DNA of 64,000 nt, taken from the IMG/VR virus record IMGVR_UViG_3300047586_000081, positions 3,014 to 67,013 of that record. One strand, given 5' to 3'. Below the pieces are notes generated by a model that had not been told where the DNA came from, did no database searches, and saw only the letters and a list, made by a program, of their open reading frames with translations. The stretch is from a virus. This document shows positions 9,513 through 18,804 of this stretch, piece by piece. A program made the position numbers and the translations under genes. Each line of letters begins with the position of its first letter. The stretch's first letter is position 1.

Positions 9513-9725
9513 GTGACCACCGAACAGTACGCCAAGGTCTTCGCGGAATGGGATCGCCGCTGGCGCGAGAACCCAGAGTGGTTTACCAGCGAGGCCGTCC
9601 ACCTGCTCAAGGAAACCCCGGACGAGTATGGGCCTCTGACCGCGGCCTACTTCGAGCTGCTCATCGCGCAGCTGTTTCCTGAGCTGCTCATAATCGCCAT
9701 CTCGAAAAACCCCCCGGACGAGTAG
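9513..9725 (+). CDS. hypothetical protein
   Basis: ORF with RBS. Confidence 0.65.
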   Translation: MTTEQYAKVFAEWDRRWRENPEWFTSEAVHLLKETPDEYGPLTAAYFELLIAQLFPELLIIAISKNPPDE

Positions 9726-9727
9726 CC

Positions 9728-9952
9728 GTGCAGAGGCGGCTGGGCCGACCGCGCTGGTTCGATCTCATCATCGGCGGGCGCGAGTCACAGTTCAGTCACC
9801 TTTTCGCCACCTCCGTGGAAGGCACCGACGGCACGCCGCACGTGCCGCTCTGCGGAATTGAGCCATATGATCACGGGGCCATGGTGCTCTTTGCCACGCC
9901 GGATGGCTTCAATGAGAGATGTCCCAAATGCCTGGAGGCCCAACGTGAGTAG
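9728..9952 (+). CDS. small Zn-binding hypothetical protein
   Basis: H...LCG...CPKC. Confidence 0.6.
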   Translation: MQRRLGRPRWFDLIIGGRESQFSHLFATSVEGTDGTPHVPLCGIEPYDHGAMVLFATPDGFNERCPKCLEAQRE

Positions 9953-10154
9953 ACAGTCTCGCCTCTGCTTCACCACCTTCGACGGTGGGATCGAGGCCCG
10001 CATCGGGCATGGCGCCGACTGCGCGTTCATCATGCTCCACGACCTCAAGAACAACGCGTACCTGGGAGCAGTCTTCACCGGCAAAGAGGCCGAGGCCCTT
10101 GGCCGCGCGCTGATCCGTCAAGCCCGTTACTTGCGGGAGCCCGTGCATGGCTGA
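9945..10154 (+). CDS. hypothetical protein
   Basis: GGAGG then GTG. Confidence 0.6.
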   Translation: MSRQSRLCFTTFDGGIEARIGHGADCAFIMLHDLKNNAYLGAVFTGKEAEALGRALIRQARYLREPVHG

Positions 10155-10941
10155 ACCGGTCGCGCTCTCTGCCAGCTCCGTCAACACCTATCTGCGATGT
10201 GGTTACCAGTGGTACCTGGCCTACGTCATGCAGATCAAGTCCCCGCCGTCCCTGAAGCAGGCCCGGGGCATCAGCGTGCACGCCGCCATCGAAGTCAACA
10301 TGACCCAGAAAAAGGAAAGCCAGCGCGACCTCCCTATACAAGACGTGCTGGACGCATACCGCACGTCCTTCGCTAAGACAGCAGAGGATGTACCGGAACA
10401 GTCAAAGATCGGTGAGTTCACCGACAGCGGAGTTGCGCTGACGCGCAAGTACCAGGTCGAGGTCAGCCCCGGGATCCAGCCCATCTGGGTGGAGGAACCA
10501 GTCGCCTTCGATCTGGCCGTCGCACGCCCCGACGACAGCACCCTCATCATCCCCTGGACGGGGAGCGTGGACCTCGTGGACTCGTACGGACGGGTCCGCG
10601 ACACGAAAACCACCAGCCGCAAGCCCCACGGAGCCGATTACAAGCTGAATATGACGGGATACGCACTGGGCTACCGGCATTTTACCGGGCAAATTGAGGA
10701 CGAGATCATCCTCGACTACCTCGTGGCCACCAAGAAGCCCTACTACTACCCCGTCAAGAGTGGCGGGCCAGTCCCCGGCGAAGACCTGCGGGCTTTCTCC
10801 GCAACGGCAGAGACCGTCATCAAAGGCATCACCGCCGGATCCTTCCCCCCGAATGGAGTGCAAAGCAATGCCTGCTCGTGGTGCGGCTACAGAAGCCGCT
10901 GCCCCTACGTCTCCCGAACCATCAGCCCCGAAGAAGAGTGA
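10147..10941 (+). CDS. PD-(D/E)xK RecB/Cas4-like exonuclease
   Basis: SASSVNTYLRC, GISVHAAIE, GSVDLV, DTKT, CSWCGYRSRC. Confidence 0.9.
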   Translation: MAEPVALSASSVNTYLRCGYQWYLAYVMQIKSPPSLKQARGISVHAAIEVNMTQKKESQRDLPIQDVLDAYRTSFAKTAEDVPEQSKIGEFTDSGVALTRKYQVEVSPGIQPIWVEEPVAFDLAVARPDDSTLIIPWTGSVDLVDSYGRVRDTKTTSRKPHGADYKLNMTGYALGYRHFTGQIEDEIILDYLVATKKPYYYPVKSGGPVPGEDLRAFSATAETVIKGITAGSFPPNGVQSNACSWCGYRSRCPYVSRTISPEEE

Positions 10942-11704
10942 CCTGCCCAAGGGCCTGGCGGCGAAGATGGCCGCCATCATGGGTGGCATCGGAGAGATCA
11001 AGCCCGAGGGTCGCAACCCTCACTTCAGTTACAGCTTCATCAAGGACACCCAGATCAGCGGCCTGTTCCGCGCCCGTTTCGCCCAATACGGGATCGTACT
11101 GATCCCCGATGTGATCGAAGAGTCCATCCGAGAACGCTCGACCAAGACCGGTACCAGCTACGTCACGGTGCTCAAGGTTCTGTTCACCCTGGTGGACTCC
11201 GAGACCGGCGAGACACTGTCGGGCCACGGCATCGGCTACGGCGATGACCCAGCGGACAAGGGCGCCAACAAGGCGTTCACGGCTGCCGAGAAGTATTGGC
11301 TAATGAAGACCTTCCAGATCGGCGGCGAAGACGACGCAGAGTCGGACGCTGCCACCGACAAGCGCTACGCCGAGACGGACGAAGCCTCGCAAGGCCGGGC
11401 CGTGACGGTGCAGACCTCCTCGCTGACAAAGCCAGTGGGCAAAGGCGGACACCAGACCGTCGCCACGCAAGCCCAGGTGGTCGAGATCGCGTCCGAGATG
11501 GCGCGTCTCAACCTCTCGTTCTCCGAGCTGAACTCGATCATCGAGGCCACAGTCGGACGCGGCGTCGAGCTGCCCGAGGACTCGGCCGACCAGCCCGCCG
11601 CCATGCGGTCCTTCATCAGCGCCCTGGAAGGAGCCGAGGCTGGCAAGATCATCGAGACCCTGAACAGCGTCGAGAGCAAGCTCTCCAGCGACGATGAGCA
11701 GTAA
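10868..11704 (+). CDS. erf: ERF family single-strand annealing protein
   Basis: G.NPHFSY and DKGANKAFTAAEKY.L...F.I...DD.E; start chosen by GGAG RBS. Confidence 0.88.
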   Translation: MPARGAATEAAAPTSPEPSAPKKSDLPKGLAAKMAAIMGGIGEIKPEGRNPHFSYSFIKDTQISGLFRARFAQYGIVLIPDVIEESIRERSTKTGTSYVTVLKVLFTLVDSETGETLSGHGIGYGDDPADKGANKAFTAAEKYWLMKTFQIGGEDDAESDAATDKRYAETDEASQGRAVTVQTSSLTKPVGKGGHQTVATQAQVVEIASEMARLNLSFSELNSIIEATVGRGVELPEDSADQPAAMRSFISALEGAEAGKIIETLNSVESKLSSDDEQ

Positions 11705-11719
11705 GGTAGCTCATGCGCC

Positions 11720-12358
11720 ATGAACCTGAGTGACAACACCCGCCGAGGGCAGGTCTATCTCTACCTGCTGACCCACGTTGACCAGTGGATCGACGGGCCG
11801 GAACTTGCCAACGAAGAGGTTGGCGGCTCCGAGGGCCTGAAGCGCCTACGTGAGCTGCGCGCCGAAGGCGAGCGCCTGAGAACCTATCGAGTCGAGTCGC
11901 GGCTACACCCCGACAAGACGCGGGACATCTGGCAATACCGCCTGGTACGCATCGCGCCGTCCGCAAAACACCCCCCTGAAGGTTCCGCAAACCGCCCCCC
12001 TGGCCGCGGGCAGGCCAGCTCCTTCCCAACCCAGGTGCGCCCGCTCTCCCAGGCCCTGACGCGCGACGCGGACGGCAACATCACCTACACCCCGCCACCG
12101 GTCATCGGTCAGCTGGAGACGCCCGTAGAGGCACCACCCCAGCCGCCCGAGCGCCGGTTCGACTCTCTTCCAAAGCGCCTCATGTTCGGCGAGGCCGTCC
12201 TGTGCCCTCGCTGCAAAGGTAAGACCAAAGCGGTCAAGGAGTCCTTCCCACCGCTTCACCGAGACCCTGAGGCCGGGGCTCTCGTGCCGTGCGCGCGTTG
12301 TAGCGGCTGGGGCCTGGTCCCGAACGAGGGACCTATCGCCCCAGAAACGAACCCTTGA
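11720..12358 (+). CDS. winged-HTH plus CxxCxG zinc-finger protein
   Basis: ELA..GGSEGLKRLRELR; CPRCKG and CARCSGWG. Confidence 0.7.
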   Translation: MNLSDNTRRGQVYLYLLTHVDQWIDGPELANEEVGGSEGLKRLRELRAEGERLRTYRVESRLHPDKTRDIWQYRLVRIAPSAKHPPEGSANRPPGRGQASSFPTQVRPLSQALTRDADGNITYTPPPVIGQLETPVEAPPQPPERRFDSLPKRLMFGEAVLCPRCKGKTKAVKESFPPLHRDPEAGALVPCARCSGWGLVPNEGPIAPETNP

Positions 12359-12556
12359 TGCCACGCAAAGGATCCCTTTCATCCTGGCCCACGAAGGACC
12401 TTGCAGTCGTCGTGGCGGCAGCGCTAGAAGACCCTGACGCCTCCCACGTCTGTCTCATGCACGGTTGCGGCGGCGCGCTCCGCTTCACCGAACACGGGTG
12501 GGGTCATCTCACCCACGTCAACTTCACGCACTACCCACAACCCATGGAGATCGAAC

Positions 12557-12988
12557 GTGCAACGAACCATTTGGCTCATCGGCGCACCGGACGCCCCAGG
12601 CACCGAGTGGGCGTTCTCAACCGAGGATCAAGCACTCTCCTACATCCGAGAGTGCGCAGAAATCAACTGGAAACAGAACGTCGAGGTAGCGGCTGAATAC
12701 ATGCGCCACCCCTGGGACGAGGCCGCGGCGCGCGAGCACGCGGCGCAGATGTTCGGCTCCGATATGACCGTCGTCATCGAGTCCTCGATCCAGGCAGCAC
12801 GCTCGATCTGGGAAAGCAAAAGCGAAGAGGCCAACTATCTGCTGACCCAGTCTCTTCCCGAGTGGATCGCGCGTCGGCTTGGAAGTCTGCCCGAGCCTCG
12901 CGAGGTCACCCTATTTCTGACATCGCCGCGGCCAGTATTCATCGGCGATCAGATCCGACCCGTAACTGAAGATGAGGTACAGGCATGA
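12557..12988 (+). CDS. hypothetical protein
   Basis: GGAGA then GTG; ATGA coupling downstream. Confidence 0.65.
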   Translation: MQRTIWLIGAPDAPGTEWAFSTEDQALSYIRECAEINWKQNVEVAAEYMRHPWDEAAAREHAAQMFGSDMTVVIESSIQAARSIWESKSEEANYLLTQSLPEWIARRLGSLPEPREVTLFLTSPRPVFIGDQIRPVTEDEVQA

Positions 12989-13782
12989 AGACCCCCCTGC
13001 GCGACCTTGCGCAGACACGCGCCAAGGGCATCGTTCAAGACTACAAGTCAATCCCGATGTTTGACCTTGGTGAAGAGGCCACGCCGGAGGATGTGGCAAC
13101 CATGAAAGCGGCCTGGCAAGCGGAGCATCACCCCACGGTTTACATCGCGGGGCCTATGCGAGGACTGCCCGAGTACAACTTCCCGGCATTCTTCGCTGCG
13201 GAGAGGCTGCTGCTAGCGAAGGGCTGGTCCGTCTACAACCCGGCCCGCGTGGACATTGAGACGGACGGCTTTGACCCCAAGACTGGAGCCAATCTCCAAC
13301 CCGTCGAGGTCTACATGCGGCGCGACTTCGACGCCATCCTCAACCAGTGCAACGCGCTGGCCGTACTGCCCGACTGGCGCGACAGCTCGGGTGCGACGCG
13401 CGAGCACACCATGGCCGAGGGCCTCGCCTACCCGATCCTCGATGCCACCACCGGTGAGCCTTTGGTCGAGGCCGGTGATCCGATCTATCTCCAGACCCTG
13501 GCGCATATGGCCAGCCTGCACCGCCGCAAGGCCGCGGGCTACTCCGGCATTGGCGCCATGGACACGTGGTCGAACTTCCGTGAGGCCGAGCACTGGGGCG
13601 TTTCGCCGCTCGCTGGCTGCATGGTACGCATGGGCGACAAGTATCGCCGCTCACAGAACCTCTTCACCAACCCACTCAACGACCAGGTGGGCGAGCCAAT
13701 GGTCGAGACCCTAGAAGACCTGGCCGCGTACGCCCTGATCGGCGTCTCTCTCATCAAGGAGGAGGCTAATGGAAACCCCTGA
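12985..13782 (+). CDS. DUF4406 (nucleoside deoxyribosyltransferase-like) fused to DUF1599/Nmad1-like domain
   Basis: YIAGPMRG..YNFPAF, NPA, W..S.GA..E; then K..GY, SNF, RMGDK, DLAAYA. Confidence 0.75.
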   Translation: MKTPLRDLAQTRAKGIVQDYKSIPMFDLGEEATPEDVATMKAAWQAEHHPTVYIAGPMRGLPEYNFPAFFAAERLLLAKGWSVYNPARVDIETDGFDPKTGANLQPVEVYMRRDFDAILNQCNALAVLPDWRDSSGATREHTMAEGLAYPILDATTGEPLVEAGDPIYLQTLAHMASLHRRKAAGYSGIGAMDTWSNFREAEHWGVSPLAGCMVRMGDKYRRSQNLFTNPLNDQVGEPMVETLEDLAAYALIGVSLIKEEANGNP

Positions 13783-13963
13783 GAGCCTCTACGTCGCGCA
13801 GATCATCGACGACGAAACCCGGGAAGTGGAGTGGCAGTCAAAGCCCACCACTTTCAGCCAGGCCGAGCACATCGCGGCGGGCTCGTACATCAACCTGAAC
13901 CACGAGAAGTACTCCGTGGCCGTAGTCGCCGTAGAGGATCTGCCCCCGGAGGAGACGGCATGA
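13769..13963 (+). CDS. hypothetical protein
   Basis: GGAGG RBS. Confidence 0.65.
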   Translation: METPESLYVAQIIDDETREVEWQSKPTTFSQAEHIAAGSYINLNHEKYSVAVVAVEDLPPEETA

Positions 13964-14157
13964 CCGAGGCCGAACTCACAGCCACCGATGCCCTGCTTCT
14001 TGAGCGGCTGCAAGATCTCCTGAAGACCCATCACATCACGTATTACGAGGTCTCCAACGAGATGTACGAGACCGGCATCTCCGACGTGTGGGCTGACTGG
14101 CGCCTGACGGGACGCCACAACATCCACCTAGTTTTCGATCCCAAGGAGAAACAATGA
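13960..14157 (+). CDS. hypothetical protein
   Basis: ATGA coupling. Confidence 0.65.
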   Translation: MTEAELTATDALLLERLQDLLKTHHITYYEVSNEMYETGISDVWADWRLTGRHNIHLVFDPKEKQ

Positions 14158-14372
14158 CCAAGCCCTACCACCTCGTCGGACCCATCGAGGCCGAAGAGGA
14201 ACACGTCATCTGGCGCATGCCCACCTGGCAGGCCGACGACCTGGCCAACATACTCCAACGGGAGTTCCCGGACCCCAAAGACCTGTACCAGATCGAGATT
14301 GAGGCCCTCCGCTCCGCCGCGGAAGAGGCTAGGTATGCCATCCGGCAGCGCAAGGGAGGTCAGACGGAATGA
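14154..14372 (+). CDS. hypothetical protein
   Basis: ATGA coupling. Confidence 0.65.
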   Translation: MTKPYHLVGPIEAEEEHVIWRMPTWQADDLANILQREFPDPKDLYQIEIEALRSAAEEARYAIRQRKGGQTE

Positions 14373-14596
14373 TCCAGGACCAGATCCTGCACGCCATCGT
14401 CAAGGAGCGCCACAACCAGGACGAGAAGTGGGGCATCCAGCAACACTCCCACGGCGTGTGGTACATCATCCTCGGAGAGGAAGTCGGTGAGGTGGCTCGC
14501 TCGATCCTGGAGAACGACTCTCAGGAGCGAGTGCGCGAAGAGCTGATCCAGTGCGCCGCGGTCTGCGTCGCCTGGTTGGAGGACATGAGCGCATGA
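14369..14596 (+). CDS. MazG-like all-alpha NTP pyrophosphohydrolase
   Basis: ER..QD.KWG, EEVGEVA and EELIQCAAV. Confidence 0.8.
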   Translation: MIQDQILHAIVKERHNQDEKWGIQQHSHGVWYIILGEEVGEVARSILENDSQERVREELIQCAAVCVAWLEDMSA

Positions 14597-14679
14597 ACAT
14601 CACAATCATTACCTTCATCGCCCTCACAATCATTGCTCTGTGCTGGGTATTCATTCCTGGCACGAGGCCCTGGCGATGA
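14593..14679 (+). CDS. 28-aa membrane peptide
   Basis: ATGA coupling at both ends; MNITIITFIALTIIALCWVFIPGTRPWR. Confidence 0.55.
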   Translation: MNITIITFIALTIIALCWVFIPGTRPWR

Positions 14680-14852
14680 AACGCGCCACGCTGCGCGATC
14701 TCTACGTCCAAGAGGAGCGCCAGCGCATCGTTCGCGCCATGATGAAGATCCTCGCGACTGGCGAGTGGCATGCCATCCGCCACCTGGAGGACGGACAGTT
14801 CATCAGCGTGTACGCAGTGCTCCAGGTCGTCGCGGATACGTTTGATGCGTAG
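14676..14852 (+). CDS. hypothetical protein
   Basis: ATGA coupling. Confidence 0.55.
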   Translation: MKRATLRDLYVQEERQRIVRAMMKILATGEWHAIRHLEDGQFISVYAVLQVVADTFDA

Positions 14853-15159
14853 GACCTTCGCCCGAGAGCGCTGGCTTTGGCTGGCGCTCCTGGCCGCGAC
14901 GATTGCAGACGCCTGGTCGTACTCGTTGCTTTCGCCGGGCCAGGTGGCCGCGGGCGAACTCAGCCCTCTGGCGCGGGTGTTTGGCGCTGGGGTCGGCGCC
15001 TCTTTGGTCACTAAGGTCGTCGGCGGAGTCTGCTTCCTGATCGCAACCTGGGCACTCGCCAAAGCCGGGGCTCAACGGAGGACATTCGTGTTTGTGCTAC
15101 TCGTCGTCATCGCCCTGAGTCTTCTCGGGGCTTACTCGAACCTCGTGGGAGGCATCTAG
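14845..15159 (+). CDS. membrane protein with 3 TM helices (DUF5658-like)
   Basis: AD..S...E.SPL motif; hydrophobic segments. Confidence 0.65.
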   Translation: MRRTFARERWLWLALLAATIADAWSYSLLSPGQVAAGELSPLARVFGAGVGASLVTKVVGGVCFLIATWALAKAGAQRRTFVFVLLVVIALSLLGAYSNLVGGI

Positions 15160-15161
15160 CC

Positions 15162-15563
15162 ATGCTGTCCTCGCGCCAGCGGTTCTGGGATCAACTGCGC
15201 GCCCTGGGCTTCGACACCTACGCCGCGTACCTACAGAGCCCCCACTGGCAGGAACTGCGGCGACGATACTTCGCGTCCAAGCTCTTCAAGGGGCAGTGCT
15301 ATTCCTGTGGTGGACCCGGCCCCTTCCAGCTGCACCATCGCACCTACAGGCGACTGGGGCGCGAGTGGCTTCAGGATCTAGTCGCTGTCTGCGATCTCTG
15401 CCACGGCTTCACTCACGCTCTTGAGTCCAAGGCTCATCTCGGTCTGTGGAAGGCTACCAGGAAGGCCCGTGCTCCTAGATCTGTCCGAGGCCAGAGGAGG
15501 AGGAGGGCACACCGCCCCCTCGCGGGGACGGTGCGTGTCGTCGGCCGTGAGGTCGTCGGATGA
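15162..15563 (+). CDS. HNH endonuclease
   Basis: YL.S.HW, CYSC, LHHRTY.RLG.E, C.LCH...H. Confidence 0.9.
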   Translation: MLSSRQRFWDQLRALGFDTYAAYLQSPHWQELRRRYFASKLFKGQCYSCGGPGPFQLHHRTYRRLGREWLQDLVAVCDLCHGFTHALESKAHLGLWKATRKARAPRSVRGQRRRRAHRPLAGTVRVVGREVVG

Positions 15564-15755
15564 CACTTTCTCGCTGGGTACTCAGGGTCGGGTCTGCCTT
15601 CGAGGTACGCCCCACACCCAACGCCGTTAGCTCGCGCTACAGGACGGGGGAGCTTGCGCTCTTTCTCCGAGGGGGGTCCGCCACTCTCTGGCGGCTCGGG
15701 CTGACTGCCGAGGTACCACTTCGGCCGGATGGCCTAGCCTGGGATTTGCGGCTAC

Positions 15756-15785
15756 TTGCACCGTTCTGGTACCGCGTGGTACCAT
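15756..15785 (+). promoter_or_regulatory. sigma70-like promoter TTGCAC-N18-TACCAT overlapped by paired GGTACC
   Basis: Extended -10 TGGTACCAT; intergenic. Confidence 0.55.
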
Positions 15786-15822
15786 TCTGTCTGCAACGGT
15801 TGGGTCAGCGACCTGTTGCATC

Positions 15823-15862
15823 GGCCCGGGCGGTGTCTAAACTTCGCCCGGGCCTCTTCATT
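15823..15862 (+). terminator. intrinsic terminator/attenuator-like hairpin
   Basis: GGCCCGGGCG/CGCCCGGGCC 10-bp stem followed by TCTTCATT. Confidence 0.55.
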
Positions 15863-15903
15863 GGCTCTCCAGTAGATCGGTGCATGGACGGTAGTCTAGC
15901 ACA

Positions 15904-16446
15904 ATGAGCAGAAAGCACGTCAACCGACCCTGCATCTTTCTGGGGAAGGTGATCCGGGAGAAGGTAGATCCATGCGTCCAGGTAGAATGGCAGCGTGCCA
16001 CCGGCCATCCGGCCCCGTTTGGGAACCTGCGCCGCCTCTTCCGGGGCGAGCACTGCTCCCAGCTCGATCCCTATGGCACTGGAGCCTGCCCGTACAAGGA
16101 GCAGGAATGCGCTCTGGCGTTCCTCCAGGCCGTCAGATCCAGCCTGAGGCCCGGCGTGCGGGATCCGGGCGGATACTTCCGTAGCGTCGCCCGTAGCACA
16201 GGAGCAGCCCGTGCCGACCAAGCCAAAGACCGACTGGGAGACTCTCTGGCCCATCGTGTATCGGAGGGATCAGGAGACCATCTACTCGCGGACCCCGAGC
16301 CCGTGGAGTTTCATCGCGTTCTGGATGCGCCGCTCCATAGTCTGCGTCGCCCCTCTACTGGACCCGTCGCAATTGGGGATGTGCTCAGGACGCTCCACCT
16401 TGGACCACATCAAGTGGTTCCTACGAACCGGGAAGAAGGCAGATGA
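15904..16446 (+). CDS. hypothetical protein, weak resemblance to replication-initiator C-termini
   Basis: P..YF..V and PVAIGDVL motifs; Cys-rich N-half. Confidence 0.55.
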   Translation: MSRKHVNRPCIFLGKVIREKVDPCVQVEWQRATGHPAPFGNLRRLFRGEHCSQLDPYGTGACPYKEQECALAFLQAVRSSLRPGVRDPGGYFRSVARSTGAARADQAKDRLGDSLAHRVSEGSGDHLLADPEPVEFHRVLDAPLHSLRRPSTGPVAIGDVLRTLHLGPHQVVPTNREEGR

Positions 16447-16579
16447 CCTTGAAGAAAACCTCGTCACGATCTGTGAAGCGCACCACATCTGGAGTGGGTG
16501 GGCGACGGCGCACCGCGTGGCTCTCCGTGCGTATCTGCGCTCCCTATACCCACTCGTTCACCCGGAGTCAGCGCTGTGA
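16211..16579 (+). CDS. HNH-like endonuclease
   Basis: AGGAG RBS; RRD, C...C, LDH, NLVTICEAHH. Confidence 0.75.
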   Translation: MPTKPKTDWETLWPIVYRRDQETIYSRTPSPWSFIAFWMRRSIVCVAPLLDPSQLGMCSGRSTLDHIKWFLRTGKKADDLEENLVTICEAHHIWSGWATAHRVALRAYLRSLYPLVHPESAL

Positions 16580-16624
16580 CAAGTGCGGCAGCACAGCCTT
16601 AGAGCTGTACAAGATGGGTGTGCT

Positions 16625-16933
16625 ATGAACGGCCACTACTCAACCGTTGAACTCCCGATGGAAACATTCAGTGTTGCCGTCCACGCCCCGCGGTGGTACG
16701 CCCGCGAGCTGTTAGAGCGGGAGATCAAGCGGCTCAAGACTGCCACGGTCATCGCGGGCACTCTCCGCGTTCGTCAGATGCGTGAGAAAGGTCGGTTCGT
16801 AGGCGGCTGGTGGCTCTCCTGTAAGGCCATCACCAATGGCCAGCTGTACAACCTTGGCGAGCAGTACGACCCGAAACCCGATGACCTGCGGTACCAGAAG
16901 CTCTGGATCCGCTGCTGGGACGCCGATGCCTGA
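16625..16933 (+). CDS. hypothetical protein
   Basis: ORF in operon. Confidence 0.6.
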   Translation: MNGHYSTVELPMETFSVAVHAPRWYARELLEREIKRLKTATVIAGTLRVRQMREKGRFVGGWWLSCKAITNGQLYNLGEQYDPKPDDLRYQKLWIRCWDADA

Positions 16934-17111
16934 GTTGACCGTCACCATAGCCTGTCGCTGGCGTCCTGCATGGCGATGGTACTTGGGCCTGATCGCTGCC
17001 CGGCTTCACTTGCACCGTCTGGTGCTTCACCTCGTAGACGGGGTGGTCCTGGAGATGCGGATAGAGAACCGGCCCTGGGAGGCCATCGGAAACATACGGT
17101 GGGTGCGATGA
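16926..17111 (+). CDS. hypothetical protein
   Basis: Overlapping start; ATGA coupling to HNH. Confidence 0.5.
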   Translation: MPELTVTIACRWRPAWRWYLGLIAARLHLHRLVLHLVDGVVLEMRIENRPWEAIGNIRWVR

Positions 17112-17557
17112 GCCAAGGGCCAGAACAACGCCGACTCGCCCGCATCGCATCGGCCTACAATGTAAAGGCGGAAAGACTTGGAAGACCTGGACGCATTGAG
17201 GCGGAGGATCTTGCTCGGATCGCGCTCCGAGATCGAGAGTGCCCTTACTGCGGGATCACGCTTGCAGAAAATGGGGGCACCTTCGATCACCGAATGCCTC
17301 TCGACCGGGGGGGCGCTAACGCCCCTTCTAACATCGTTCGCTGCTGCTGGGAGTGCCAACGTGCCAAGTACACCAAAACCGACGCTGAGTTCATCGTCTT
17401 CCGTGCGCAAGAGTTTCACTGCACAGTCTGCGGCCGGACTTTCCAGCCGCGCTATGCCGACCTTGCCCGCGGCTACGCCAAGACGTGCAGCCGGTCTTGC
17501 GCCGCTCAGAGCCGATGGGCCGCCCAGGACCGCGGAGAGCTACCCGTTCCTGGTTGA
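17108..17557 (+). CDS. HNH endonuclease with C-terminal Zn finger
   Basis: CPYCG, DH..P..RGG.N...N.V.CC..C..AK, CTVCG, CSRSC. Confidence 0.9.
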   Translation: MSQGPEQRRLARIASAYNVKAERLGRPGRIEAEDLARIALRDRECPYCGITLAENGGTFDHRMPLDRGGANAPSNIVRCCWECQRAKYTKTDAEFIVFRAQEFHCTVCGRTFQPRYADLARGYAKTCSRSCAAQSRWAAQDRGELPVPG

Positions 17558-17909
17558 GCTGCCCGGCCAGCCGCCCTCCGTAAATCACATGTACGCCATG
17601 GCTCACGGGAAGATCTACAAGAAGGCTGGCGTCGAGCGCTACCAGACCGATGTGGCCTGGATCGTGAAAGCCACGAAACCCTCCGGGCCGCCTCCGGCGG
17701 GCATGATCCGTCTGCGCTACCGCTTCTTCCTGGACCGGGACAGCGACGTGGACAATCTCCAGAAGGCCATCACAGATGCCATCGCAACCGCTCTCGGCGT
17801 GAACGACAGGATGTTCGTAGCCGATGTGGCCTGCAAACACGTTGGCGTGAAGCAGCCCTATGTCCAGGTCCTGATCGGCTCAGCGGAGCCCTGCACGTGC
17901 GACATCTGA
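17454..17909 (+). CDS. rusA: RusA family Holliday junction resolvase
   Basis: PPSVNH.Y and D.DN..K...DA....VND; start uncertain. Confidence 0.88.
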   Translation: MPTLPAATPRRAAGLAPLRADGPPRTAESYPFLVELPGQPPSVNHMYAMAHGKIYKKAGVERYQTDVAWIVKATKPSGPPPAGMIRLRYRFFLDRDSDVDNLQKAITDAIATALGVNDRMFVADVACKHVGVKQPYVQVLIGSAEPCTCDI

Positions 17910-18331
17910 CGATCACCCTGGTTGGCTCGCGCTCGCTTCCTATCACGCGTATGCGCGGGCCGCTGATTGTCCTGCTGGCCAAGCTCCCAAAGGGCACCAA
18001 GATCATGCTGCGTGCCCCGCGCACCGGCGAGATGGGCTCGTTCGAGGCCGCCGTCGAGAGCATCACCAGTAGCATGGGCATCACGACCGAGCTGGTCCAC
18101 CCCGGGGAGGGCGACCGCGCCGAGGTCTACCGTCGCGACTACGCCATGATCGAGCGCTCTGACTACGTGATGGCGTTCTTCACCGAGGGCGAGGAGATGC
18201 ATGGCGGCACCGGGCACGTAGTCGAGGCCGCGCTGGCGAAACTCGCCCCGGTGTACGCGTGGTCCGTGAGTCCCCTGGGTCATCTGGAGCGTGTTGGCGA
18301 GTACAATGTGCTTCAGGATGGACCACCATGA
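17897..18331 (+). CDS. SLOG (YspA/DUF2493-like) nucleotide-binding protein
   Basis: LVGSRS, RRD..MI..SD.V.AF, GGT..VVE.A. Confidence 0.7.
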   Translation: MRHLTITLVGSRSLPITRMRGPLIVLLAKLPKGTKIMLRAPRTGEMGSFEAAVESITSSMGITTELVHPGEGDRAEVYRRDYAMIERSDYVMAFFTEGEEMHGGTGHVVEAALAKLAPVYAWSVSPLGHLERVGEYNVLQDGPP

Positions 18332-18372
18332 GGTGTCCTCATCTATACCGTTTAGAGAATAGTTGAGGCAAC

Positions 18373-18804
18373 ATGACCGACACCGCCGCCGCCAAGGCCG
18401 TCAAGCTGCTGTCTAAACCAGCCATCAACCGCATGCTTTTGTGGGCCAAGGAGTTCTCGCGCAGCTGGCACCTCGACATCCCCATGCGCATCCACAGCCG
18501 CGAGATCGGCGAGGACGGCGCGCCCCAGTGGCACCCGGAGTTCGCCGCCTGGATCTCCTCGGATGTCAAGGAGGAGAAACGCAGCCGCCAGCGCACCAAG
18601 AAGGCGTTCCGCAAGCTGCGCGATGCCTCGCCACGCGAGTTCGACGCGGTCTACCTGTACTGCGTGAAGGGGCTCAGCGTGCCGGAGATCGCCGCCGCCA
18701 TGTCGCAGCGAGCCATCACGCGCAGCCTGCCTGACCGCTACGATGAGGACTCCGTCCTGCTACTGCTCTACAGCGGCATCGACATGCTGGAGACGCTCTG
18801 GTGA
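18373..18804 (+). CDS. sigma70 region-4-like HTH transcriptional regulator
   Basis: AFRKL...PREF..V.L....GLSV.EIA..M; located after rusA like late regulators. Confidence 0.65.
   Translation: MTDTAAAKAVKLLSKPAINRMLLWAKEFSRSWHLDIPMRIHSREIGEDGAPQWHPEFAAWISSDVKEEKRSRQRTKKAFRKLRDASPREFDAVYLYCVKGLSVPEIAAAMSQRAITRSLPDRYDEDSVLLLLYSGIDMLETLW

Noticed and set aside
10147-10941. Cas4 of a CRISPR system
   Set aside because: No array or other cas genes; paired with ERF as a recombination exonuclease
15162-15563. IscB/HEARO element
   Set aside because: Protein is too short and has no PLMP or RuvC motifs
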